Shown here: positions 19,061 to 26,889 of the stretch, one piece after another | Layout: every line of letters starts with the position of its first letter | Numbering within the stretch: the stretch's first letter is position 1 | Assembly (NCBI GenBank): GCA_049967475.1 | Contig: JBMFSQ010000019.1 | Location: 2,679 to 66,678 of the forward strand | DNA: 64,000 bases | From: Chthonomonadales bacterium | GTDB taxonomy: Bacteria; Armatimonadota; Chthonomonadetes; Chthonomonadales; CAJBBX01 | Reading direction: 5' to 3' | The notes under the pieces: model-generated | Databases searched by the model: none | Seen by the model: the letters and a program-made list of their open reading frames with translations, nothing else | What the model was told of the DNA's origin: nothing | Made by a program: the position numbers and the translations under genes

Positions 19061-19090
19061 ATTATCGGGATGCAAGCTGCGCTTCTTGAG
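19061..19090 (-). promoter_or_regulatory. Sigma-28 (FliA)-like promoter CTCAAGAA-N14-CCGATAAT upstream of fliK
   Basis: Minus strand reads CTCAAGAA (19090-19083), gcgcagcttgcatc, CCGATAAT (19068-19061), about 40 nt upstream of the fliK start. Both 8-mers and the 14-nt spacing are identical to the box upstream of flgF (42521-42550). Confidence 0.55.
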
Positions 19091-19123
19091 GGCGGGCAGC
19101 CGAACGATTGCCCTCAGAATGCA

Positions 19124-19600
19124 TCAGCGCGCGAGCGCGAGGGAGAGCCGCACAGCCCGTTTGCGATCCAGAGCAGCCAGCGTTCTGGCAGCCACACGCT
19201 CGTCCATTCGCCTCAGGATCTGAACCAGAAGCGCGTCGGGAAGGGCCGGCAGAACCTTCGCCGCATCGTCTGGAGGCATAGCCTCATAGATGGCGGCCAG
19301 TTTGGAGAGCTTTTGATCTGCCTCCAGGCCATCTGCTGGGGATGATTTTGGGGACTTGGGAGCAGGAGAAATCTGCCGGATGGCAGGAGCGTTTGCCACG
19401 CCGGAAATGGACGGTATGCCCATCGAACGACCGCCTGAAGGCCGGGAGCTTGGAGGATGCGGCAGCGTTCGGGATGTGTGCACCTGCCGGCCCTGGTTTG
19501 CGCCGCCCAGGAAGCGAGCCAAGTATCCGCTTCTGTAGAGCCCTGCCACGCCCGCCGCAATGAGCAGCAGAGGCACCAAGATCGCTAAGGCTACTTTCAC
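19124..19600 (-). CDS. ylxF/FlbB-like flagellar protein (N-terminal TM + MgtE_N-like helical domain)
   Basis: TM helix ALAILVPLLLIAAGVAGL and a C-terminal segment AAIYEAMPPDDAAKVLPALPDALLVQILRRMDERVAARTLAAL. The position between fliJ and fliK matches ylxF in Bacillus-type operons. GTG start with SD GGAAGGAAG. Confidence 0.55.
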   Translation of the reverse strand: MKVALAILVPLLLIAAGVAGLYRSGYLARFLGGANQGRQVHTSRTLPHPPSSRPSGGRSMGIPSISGVANAPAIRQISPAPKSPKSSPADGLEADQKLSKLAAIYEAMPPDDAAKVLPALPDALLVQILRRMDERVAARTLAALDRKRAVRLSLALAR

Positions 19601-19651
19601 ACCAGGATGCTTCCTTCCTGCCCGGCCTGGAACCGCTTGGGGCGCGGGCGA

Positions 19652-20236
19652 TTACTCCGCCGATTCCTTCCACAGAGAGAGCACGCGGGACACGTACTTT
19701 TGCGTTTCAGGATATGGTGGGATGCCCCCATACTTGCGTACGGCTCCGCTCCCCGCATTGTAGGCAGCCAGGGCAAGAGCCGCATCTCCGTGAAAAAGCT
19801 GAAGCTTCTGTGCAAGCTGCTTCACGCCCGCCAGGATGTTTTGATCCGGGTCGAAGGGGTCACGGATGCCATACTCACGCACTTCTTCAGGCATGATCTG
19901 CATGAGGCCCATGGCGCCTTTGGAAGACACTGCGCGCACGTCACCCCCCGACTCGGCGGTGATGACGGCCTTCACGAGGCCGGGATCCACCCCGAATTGT
20001 GCACTGTATTTGTGGACAATCGCCTCGATCTCCGGGCTCAACCTGCCGGGCGCAGGCCGGACTTCAGCGGTGCCCATAGCTTGGGCGAGGCTTACATCAA
20101 AGGGCTGAACCGACGGGCTTCCCATGCCGGAACGCTGCCCGGAGGGTTGCGGCATTACGCTGGGAGGCCGCACGCTCAGGGCTTCGATGCGTGCCTGGAT
20201 TTCTGCTACTGCGGCTCGGGCACTCTCGATGCTCAT
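19652..20236 (-). CDS. Soluble lytic transglycosylase (SLT domain) embedded in the flagellar operon
   Basis: SLT catalytic region AESGGDVRAVSSKGAMGLMQIMP ... LAAYNAGSGAVRKYGGIPPYPETQKYV. I place the start at the ATG at 20236 (MSIESARAAV), just after the fliJ stop at 20253. The track ORF (to 20551) overlaps fliJ. Confidence 0.8.
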   Translation of the reverse strand: MSIESARAAVAEIQARIEALSVRPPSVMPQPSGQRSGMGSPSVQPFDVSLAQAMGTAEVRPAPGRLSPEIEAIVHKYSAQFGVDPGLVKAVITAESGGDVRAVSSKGAMGLMQIMPEEVREYGIRDPFDPDQNILAGVKQLAQKLQLFHGDAALALAAYNAGSGAVRKYGGIPPYPETQKYVSRVLSLWKESAE

Positions 20237-20252
20237 GGTTCCTGCCACCCCC

Positions 20253-20726
20253 TCATTCTTCAGTAACCTTAGCGGTGTCCTGTGCAACGGGTGCGGCCGC
20301 CGTGCGGGCAGCATGAGTGGCACCCGCGTCATCCAGAAGCTTCTGCTCTTCGGAGGCTGCCTCTTTAAGGTACTGCTGATAGTGCCCCTCGCGTACGCGC
20401 TCCACAGCCCGGCGCTCTTGCCGTGCAGTAAGGAGGGCTTTGTGTGCCGCATCCAGCCGGCCCAAAATGTGTTCCCGTTCTGCGCGCAGGTCGAGGATGC
20501 GCTCTGCAAGCATCTGCTGATACTGCTCTTTTTGAAGCAGCAATGCCGCATCCCACTGGGCAGGCGGCTCCGAGGCGATGCGCTGCAAGGTTGCCGAGAG
20601 GTCGTTCAACCGGGCTTCGCATTCCGCCAGTTCCTGCTGCACTGCTGCCAATGCCTGCCCGCGGAGCTCTTCCATTGTACGCCGGTACCTCAGGACGGCT
20701 TCGAGGCTGAACCTAAACCGCCGCAT
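20253..20726 (-). CDS. fliJ: Flagellar export chaperone/stalk protein FliJ
   Basis: 157-aa all-helical protein (MRRFRFSLEAVLRYRRTMEELRGQALA...) immediately after fliI, with FliJ-like heptad pattern. Confidence 0.7.
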   Translation of the reverse strand: MRRFRFSLEAVLRYRRTMEELRGQALAAVQQELAECEARLNDLSATLQRIASEPPAQWDAALLLQKEQYQQMLAERILDLRAEREHILGRLDAAHKALLTARQERRAVERVREGHYQQYLKEAASEEQKLLDDAGATHAARTAAAPVAQDTAKVTEE

Positions 20727-22056
20727 CCTTCAGCATCTCCTTCAAATAAGCCAGCGTGTCCTGGTATGGAGCCTTTTCGTCGGGGCGCTGCCGCAAGAAG
20801 CGGTTGATGGCTTCGATATACCGTCGGGCCAAGTCTATCCGGGGATTGCTGCCCTCTACGTAGGCGCCTATGTTGATGAGGTCCTCCGCCTCGCGATAAG
20901 TTGCAAGAAGAGTGCGAAGTTTGCCGGCCGCCTCCCTATGATCCGGTGCGGCGATGGACGGCATCACGCGGGACACACTCTCCAATACATCCACGGCTGG
21001 ATAATGGTTCTTCTGAGCCAGCGTCCGCGAAAGAACGATATGCCCGTCCAGGATGCCTCGCACGGCATCGGCTACGGGTTCATTCATGTCGTCGCCCTCC
21101 ACCAGAACGGTGTACAATCCCGTGATGCTCCCCGTTTGGGCGGTGCCGCTTCTCTCCAAAAGGCGCGGCAGGAGGGCAAATACCGAAGGCGTATACCCGC
21201 GAGTGGTAGGCGGTTCGCCGATTGCAAGCCCAACCTCGCGCTGGGCAAGGGCAAGACGCGTAACCGAGTCCATCATAAGAAGCACATGGAGCCCCTGATC
21301 CCGGAAATACTCGGCCACAGCCGTCGCCACAAGGGCGCACTTGATGCGCACTAATGCAGGCTGGTCCGAGGTTGCAGCCACTACAACGGATCGTTTGAGC
21401 CCATCATCCCCAAGGGCTTCCTCTATGAACTCGCGCACTTCCCGGCCGCGTTCGCCGGTAAGGGCAATCACATTCACGTCTGCAGAGGTGTTTCGGGCGA
21501 TCATACCGAGGACGGTGCTCTTCCCCACGCCGCTCCCGGCGAATACGCCGATGCGCTGCCCTTTTCCAATGGTGAGGCATCCGTCAATGGCGCGGACGCC
21601 GACTTCCAAGGGTTCCCGGATGCGGGAACGGTTCAGCGACGGCGGCGGCGCATTGTTTACAGGGTAAGCCGCGCAGGCATCAATGGGTCCCCTGCCGTCC
21701 ATGGGGTTGCCCAATCCATCGAGAATACGCCCAAGGAGCGCAGGACCTACCCGAACGGAAAGGGCTGCATGGGTTCCTACCACTTCACTCCCAGGGCGCA
21801 CTCCTTCCATGGAGCCTAGCGGCATAAGGAGCACCTGGTGATCGCGAAAGCCCACCACTTCAGCCGGTATGGGCGGCTTCCGGCGGTCGGAGCGTATCTC
21901 GCACAATTCACCTACCATCGCAGCGGGGCCCCTGCTCTCGATGACTAATCCGATCACCTGTGTCACACGGCCATTGACCTTCACGGGATCAGCGTTCCGT
22001 ACGAATGCTCGGTAGCGAGTGAGGTCGGGCGCTTCGGGCGGTTCCAGCTTCATCAT
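20713..22056 (-). CDS. fliI: Flagellum-specific ATPase FliI
   Basis: Walker A motif GSGVGKST, Walker B region VLLMMDSVTR, and F1-beta-like architecture. Confidence 0.95.
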   Translation of the reverse strand: MMKLEPPEAPDLTRYRAFVRNADPVKVNGRVTQVIGLVIESRGPAAMVGELCEIRSDRRKPPIPAEVVGFRDHQVLLMPLGSMEGVRPGSEVVGTHAALSVRVGPALLGRILDGLGNPMDGRGPIDACAAYPVNNAPPPSLNRSRIREPLEVGVRAIDGCLTIGKGQRIGVFAGSGVGKSTVLGMIARNTSADVNVIALTGERGREVREFIEEALGDDGLKRSVVVAATSDQPALVRIKCALVATAVAEYFRDQGLHVLLMMDSVTRLALAQREVGLAIGEPPTTRGYTPSVFALLPRLLERSGTAQTGSITGLYTVLVEGDDMNEPVADAVRGILDGHIVLSRTLAQKNHYPAVDVLESVSRVMPSIAAPDHREAAGKLRTLLATYREAEDLINIGAYVEGSNPRIDLARRYIEAINRFLRQRPDEKAPYQDTLAYLKEMLKDAAV

Positions 22057-22775
22057 GCCGCCTCCGGAAGGATGCGGTCTAGACCGTTCTTGAGCTCCTC
22101 GAACTGCGTGTCCACCCGCGCATCCACAGTCCCGGCGTCGGTCTCTACGATACAGCCGCCGGGACCCACGCGGCGGTCTTCTACGATTTTCAGGCGATCC
22201 GCGCCGTCCAGCAGGGCCGCCAACTCTTCACGGGATTGGCGCACCGCTTCGATATCGGCGACGTTTACGCGGATCGTCACCTGGCCCTGGTCAACTACCC
22301 GCCGAAGGGCGTGACGGATCACCGAGAGGGCGATCTGGCGGTCCACCTGTGCTTGTTCCTTGACCACCTTCTCTGCGGTCTCCATCACGAATTCAACAAT
22401 CTGCGGTTCGGCATCGGCCCAGATGCGTTTTCGCCCGGCTTCGAGGGCGGCCACATAATCCTCGAGTTCCTTTTGGTAGGCCGCCCGCTCGCCGGCCCAG
22501 CTTTGGGCGCCCTCTTCCCGGCCGAGGGCGTATCCCTCAGCATAGCCTTGGGAGTATCCTTCGGCCGCGGCCCCGGCGCGGATCTGTTCGGCTTCCGCCC
22601 GGGCGCACTCCAAGATGCGTTGAGCTTCCAGTTGTGCTTCTTCGAGCATCCGGCGCACTTCTGCGGGCAGCTCGTCATGCTCGGCATCCCTGCGCCGTGC
22701 AGCTTCGGCCACCAAGGACACTTCGCAGAACTCTACAGAGCGCGTTCCATTGATTGCACGGAAGATGCTAGACAA
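22053..22775 (-). CDS. fliH: Flagellar export ATPase regulator FliH
   Basis: Position between fliG and fliI with overlapping stops and starts. It has a charged helical N-terminus and a C-terminal FliH domain (GGCIVETDAGTVDARVDTQ). Confidence 0.8.
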   Translation of the reverse strand: MSSIFRAINGTRSVEFCEVSLVAEAARRRDAEHDELPAEVRRMLEEAQLEAQRILECARAEAEQIRAGAAAEGYSQGYAEGYALGREEGAQSWAGERAAYQKELEDYVAALEAGRKRIWADAEPQIVEFVMETAEKVVKEQAQVDRQIALSVIRHALRRVVDQGQVTIRVNVADIEAVRQSREELAALLDGADRLKIVEDRRVGPGGCIVETDAGTVDARVDTQFEELKNGLDRILPEAA

Positions 22776-23778
22776 CCAGCTCCTCCCCGCCGCCCCGCGC
22801 CACGATAATCTCGCCGCTCTCTTCCAGCCTTCGGATGACGGCCACGATGCGCTGCTGCGCTTCTTCCACGCTTCTCAGGCGCACAGGACCCATGAATTCC
22901 ATCTCTTCCTTCAGCATGGAGGCAGCACGTTCGGACATGTTCTTGAAGATGCGGTTCTGAACTTCTTCGCCCACAGCCTTGAGCGCCAGAGCCAGCTCCT
23001 TTGTGTCCACCTCGCGGAGTACCTTCTGGATGGAGGCATCGTCCAACGTGACGATATCCTCGAATACAAACATGAGCTTCTTGACTTCCTCGGCCACCTC
23101 GGGATTGTTTTCTGACAGGGATTCCAAGATCACCTTCTCTGTCTGACGGTCCACCCAGTTGAGCACTTCCACGAGGGTCTTCACGCCGCCGGCTGCGCGG
23201 AATTTCTGGGTAGCCACTGAAGAGAGCTTCTGCTCCAGAACCTTCTCGATCTCGCGGATCACTTCCGGAGGCGTTCGGTCCATAATGGCGATGCGGTGAG
23301 CCACTTCGGTGCGCACCTCGGTGGGAAGGCCCGAAAGAACCGCCGCGGCCTGGTTCGGTGGAAGATGGGCTAGGATTAGGGCTATGGTCTGCGGGTGTTC
23401 CTCTTGAATGAGCGACAGGAGCTGGGCAGGGTCCGACCGCTTCACAAAATCGAAGGGGAGCACCTGCAGCGCCTGCACCACTCGGTTGATTACCTCGTTG
23501 GCCCGGTCCGCCCCGAACGCGGATTCCAGGAATTTCTTCGCTTCGGTGATACCGCCTTCGGCGATGACTTCTTGCGCCGTACACAGCTCACGAAATTCCC
23601 GAATGATGGCTGTGCGCTCGCTATGACTGATCTTGCCTAGCCGCGCCACTTCCACCGTGAGCTGTTCTACCTCTTCTTCCGTGAGGTGCCTGAAGATCTG
23701 CCCGGTCACCTCTGGTCCCAGAGCAATGAGGACCACGGCTGCCTTCTGCTTGTTGCTCAATTGGGGCATTCTGGGCAT
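22768..23778 (-). CDS. fliG: Rotor/switch protein FliG
   Basis: Motifs LSNKQKAAVVLIALG, EEHPQTIALILAHL and MFVFEDI, plus the C-terminal torque-helix region. Confidence 0.95.
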   Translation of the reverse strand: MPRMPQLSNKQKAAVVLIALGPEVTGQIFRHLTEEEVEQLTVEVARLGKISHSERTAIIREFRELCTAQEVIAEGGITEAKKFLESAFGADRANEVINRVVQALQVLPFDFVKRSDPAQLLSLIQEEHPQTIALILAHLPPNQAAAVLSGLPTEVRTEVAHRIAIMDRTPPEVIREIEKVLEQKLSSVATQKFRAAGGVKTLVEVLNWVDRQTEKVILESLSENNPEVAEEVKKLMFVFEDIVTLDDASIQKVLREVDTKELALALKAVGEEVQNRIFKNMSERAASMLKEEMEFMGPVRLRSVEEAQQRIVAVIRRLEESGEIIVARGGGEELVV

Positions 23779-23801
23779 GGACTATAACCCTCCACGGACA
23801 C

Positions 23802-25481
23802 CTAGCGCGTGTCCTCGGCCATCCAGCTCTTTATGAGCATCGCCACGACTTCGGGCCGGTGTTCTGCCAGGTGCCGGATGGACTCCAAATCGGCGTCGAA
23901 TGCTTCGGAGATCACTTCAAAGGTATGCACCTGTTCGCCCGTAGGCAAGCCGAGTACGCGGGGCTCCTCGCCGCTCTCCCCTTGCAGGGCTTCTACTTCT
24001 TGTGACGGATGCCCCACCGAAATGTCCACCGACCCGCCCGCGCCTGCACCCGCAGCAGCCAAGGCCGGCTGGGCGCCTCCTGGGAGAGCCGGCAGGCCGG
24101 CCGTTGTGATCCTCTTCAACCCCCGGGAGAGGATGAACAGGATCAGCAGCAGGATCAATGCCGGCACACCGTAGCCAATGAGCTTGTTCATCCATTCCGC
24201 CTGAGCCGCCTGCTGGGCTGCCTTCCTTTCGGCCTCCTGGGCTGTACGATCAAAGGGGACCTTCTGAACAGACACGTGCCGGCTCGGATCCGGCTTGGAT
24301 GGGTCAGCCCCGATCATGGTTGCTACATCCTGGGTGATGGCCCGCACGGTGTCGTCGGGCACACTCTCGTCCAGCAGGATCGCTACGGCCAGGGAGTTGA
24401 CGGAGCCCGGTGCCTTGACGATCTCCGTCTCCGACTTCCCGTTCGCCATCGTCTTGGTGGTCTGCGTTTGAGTGTAGTATCCAGGCGATGTTCCCGCTGC
24501 GCCGCTGGCGTAGGTGGGCGGGTTCACAGGAGCGGGGTTGGCGTTGGCGGCCAGCCCCACAGGCATCCGGGGCGGATTAGAGGCTCCTACACCCTTCAAC
24601 GACTGTTCCGAGGTTTCCTGGCTCACCGGCGCCCCGGGCAGGATCTCCGTGCGCTTCTCCGTCTTGCTGTCGAAATCCAGATCCGCCCGAACCGTCACGG
24701 TGGACTTGTTGGGTCCGAGCACCTGCGTCAGCTTCGCCTGAATTTGCCGGCGCAGAGCATCGGTATAGGCGCGCTCTTGCGCCTGCCGTTCTTCAAGTCC
24801 CACGGTTGGGCCGTCTTCCTGTGAACCATCCCAAAGAAGGTTCCCGTCGCCATCCACTACGCTCACATTGCGGGGCGTAAGGCCGGTATAGGCGCGGGCA
24901 ACGAGGTTGACAATGGCGCGCACGTTGTTCTTCGTAAGCTCTTGCCCGGGCTTCAAATGAACGAGAACGCTGGCAGAGGGCTCGCGCCGATCCGGGCTCA
25001 CGAACATAGAGTCGTCACCCGGCGCAAACTTTACGCGGGCTGAAGCAACTGGCTCCAGGGACTGGATGGAGTTCTCCATCTCACCTTCCAGGGCTCGCTT
25101 GATGGTTTGCTGCTCCATCGCCTGAGTTTGCCCGAAGGGTGCTTTGTCTAACGCTGCATAGCCTAGGGAACCCGAGTTGAGCAACCCTGCCGCAGCCAGA
25201 GACATCCGCAGTTCCGCTCGCTGCGACGAGGGGACCTCAATCGTGGTGCCGTCGGGGCTGATGCGGTAGAGGACCTTTCGATCCTTGAGCTGGGCGATGA
25301 TGGCTGCCGAGTCCTGCGGTGAAGGATTAGACACCAATGCCACATAGTCTGGAGAAGAGGCCCAATAGATGAAGGCGATGCCGGCAATGAGGGTGCCCGC
25401 CGCCAAAGCCGCCAGCATGATTTGGTTGCCGCGGCTCATATTGTCCCACAGTGAACGAAGCCTATTCCAAAGTGTGTCCAT
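23802..25481 (-). CDS. fliF: MS-ring protein FliF
   Basis: 559 aa with an N-terminal TM helix, YscJ/FliF ring-building domains, a second TM helix and a C-terminal FliG-binding tail. Confidence 0.95.
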   Translation of the reverse strand: MDTLWNRLRSLWDNMSRGNQIMLAALAAGTLIAGIAFIYWASSPDYVALVSNPSPQDSAAIIAQLKDRKVLYRISPDGTTIEVPSSQRAELRMSLAAAGLLNSGSLGYAALDKAPFGQTQAMEQQTIKRALEGEMENSIQSLEPVASARVKFAPGDDSMFVSPDRREPSASVLVHLKPGQELTKNNVRAIVNLVARAYTGLTPRNVSVVDGDGNLLWDGSQEDGPTVGLEERQAQERAYTDALRRQIQAKLTQVLGPNKSTVTVRADLDFDSKTEKRTEILPGAPVSQETSEQSLKGVGASNPPRMPVGLAANANPAPVNPPTYASGAAGTSPGYYTQTQTTKTMANGKSETEIVKAPGSVNSLAVAILLDESVPDDTVRAITQDVATMIGADPSKPDPSRHVSVQKVPFDRTAQEAERKAAQQAAQAEWMNKLIGYGVPALILLLILFILSRGLKRITTAGLPALPGGAQPALAAAGAGAGGSVDISVGHPSQEVEALQGESGEEPRVLGLPTGEQVHTFEVISEAFDADLESIRHLAEHRPEVVAMLIKSWMAEDTR

Positions 25482-25508
25482 CCTGTTCGCTTCCCGCCAT
25501 CCTCAGCT

Positions 25509-25799
25509 TCAAACGGAGATGCGCATGATCTCCTGGTAGGCTTCCACCAGTTTGTTGCGCACCTGAAGGGTCAGCGCCAGAGCCGTGGACGCCTCTTCCA
25601 TTGCGATGGTTACTTGGTGAACGTCTAGCGGCTCACCGGCTGCGAAGCGCGTGACAAGGTCATCGGCGCGGTGCGCCAGGCGGTTCGTTTCACCGAGGGC
25701 GCTTGCCAGCATGTCGCCGAATGTGGCGCCCGCCTTCCTGTCGGCGGGTTGTATCGGCTGCGTTCCAACGGATGCGAGGGATGCGGCATCAATTCTCAT
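25509..25799 (-). CDS. fliE: Basal body protein FliE
   Basis: 96 aa from the ATG at 25799 (4 nt after the flgC stop). FliE-like C-terminus HQVTIAMEEASTALALTLQVRNKLVEAYQEIMR. Confidence 0.85.
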   Translation of the reverse strand: MRIDAASLASVGTQPIQPADRKAGATFGDMLASALGETNRLAHRADDLVTRFAAGEPLDVHQVTIAMEEASTALALTLQVRNKLVEAYQEIMRISV

Positions 25800-25803
25800 C
25801 GCA

Positions 25804-26235
25804 TCATGCCTTTCCGATTTCCAGCGCCTTCTGCTGCATCTGCTTGGCAGCACCTACGGCGGCGACACCGGCATCGTAGGCGCGAGTGGCCGTGATGAGA
25901 TCCACCATCTCCATCACGGGCTCGATGTTGGGCATCAGCACGTATCCGTCGGGCCCGGCGTCGGGGTTGCCGGGGTCTCGAACGCGCTTGAAATCGGTGT
26001 TGTCGGGTTCGATGGCCACCACCTGCACACCGCCTCCCACGGATGCCCCGTGCAAGAAGTCGGCAAAGCTGTCGGAACCCTCTTCGGCGAATACAACATG
26101 GCGGCGCCGGTAAGGACCGCCTTCAGGGGTACGCGTCGTGTTGACGTTGGCAAGGTTGTTGCTGATGACGTCCATCCGCAGGCGTTCAGCGGTAAGCCCT
26201 GATGCACTGATCTCTAGAGATTGGGCGATGCCCAT
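25804..26235 (-). CDS. flgC: Proximal rod protein FlgC
   Basis: ASGLTAERLRMDVISNNLANVNTTRT near the N-terminus and a C-terminal EMVDLITATRAYDA motif. Confidence 0.95.
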   Translation of the reverse strand: MGIAQSLEISASGLTAERLRMDVISNNLANVNTTRTPEGGPYRRRHVVFAEEGSDSFADFLHGASVGGGVQVVAIEPDNTDFKRVRDPGNPDAGPDGYVLMPNIEPVMEMVDLITATRAYDAGVAAVGAAKQMQQKALEIGKA

Positions 26236-26266
26236 GGCGAAGCCTCCACGTGATACCGGAGCGACG

Positions 26267-26641
26267 TTACTTAGCCCCGTTGATGACCTGCTTCAGATTG
26301 ATGAAGAAGTTTGCGACGTATTCCGTTATGGCCTCGTACCGAATGCTGTTTTCTGCCAGCGCCACTGCCTCCCGCTCGATATCCACATTGTTTCCATCGG
26401 TGCGCAACGTGGTGGCCGTATCGCGCACTACTTGCGGAACGAGCTGGGGAAGCCTAGAGCCTGGCCGGGAGGATTGGAGCGCCTCGGCAAGCTGCGCTTC
26501 AAACACCACGTCCTTGCGCTTGTATCCCGGCGTGTTTACATTGGCGATGTTATCGGCAATGGCGGCGTGGCGTGCGGAGAGGCCATCCAGCGCCGCAGAT
26601 GCGGCCTGGAAAGCCTTCGGTTCGAGGATACGATCGAGCAT
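26267..26641 (-). CDS. flgB: Proximal rod protein FlgB
   Basis: From the ATG at 26641 (MLDRILEP...), with motif IADNIANVNTPGYKRKD and SD GGAAGGA upstream. The track ORF (to 26866) has an unlikely N-terminal extension. Confidence 0.9.
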   Translation of the reverse strand: MLDRILEPKAFQAASAALDGLSARHAAIADNIANVNTPGYKRKDVVFEAQLAEALQSSRPGSRLPQLVPQVVRDTATTLRTDGNNVDIEREAVALAENSIRYEAITEYVANFFINLKQVINGAK

Positions 26642-26735
26642 CCTGGTCCTTCCAACCGGCAGCCGAGGGCTGCCCTTACGGTCCAGACGCCCATCCGTGG
26701 AGAGTTCAGAGTGCGATCCGTCGAAGACACCGGCA

Positions 26736-26743
26736 TTATCGGC
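26736..26743 (-). promoter_or_regulatory. GCCGATAAT box about 95 nt upstream of flgB (possible -10 element; no convincing -35)
   Basis: Minus strand reads cctGCCGATAATgcc in the flgB/sucC intergenic region. It fits the sigma-28 -10 consensus and also resembles a sigma-70 -10 (GATAAT). No TCAAG-type -35 occurs at the spacing seen upstream of fliK and flgF. Confidence 0.25.
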
Positions 26744-26821
26744 AGGGTTGCAGTGCGGCTGTAGAGGCCGATCGCGAACATGCGGCAGCCCGCTTACCAG
26801 GCACGCCCTTCCCATGGCGGC

Positions 26822-26851
26822 TTGATTCCTGCCTGCAGACGGGGCTATCAT
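26822..26851 (+). promoter_or_regulatory. Candidate sigma-70-type promoter for sucC (TTGATT-N18-TATCAT)
   Basis: TTGATT at 26822-26827 and TATCAT at 26846-26851, about 40 nt upstream of the sucC GTG. SD AAGGAG at 26876-26881. Confidence 0.3.
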
Positions 26852-26889
26852 GATGGCGTGGCGCATTCAGCCTGTTCAAGGAGTGCACA

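Noticed and set aside
19652-20551. N-terminally extended ORF-track versions of several genes: SLT to 20551, flgB to 26866, fliE to 25853, fliQ to 10314, fliP to 11210, the ABC ATPase to 34357, DUF5107-like to 36426, PhyH from 36452, plsC from 56097, pduO from 57324, the J-like gene from 62017 and the GrpE-like gene from 58882.
   Set aside because: The extensions overlap upstream genes or lack an SD. Internal ATGs with good SDs, and family-typical N-termini, fit better.
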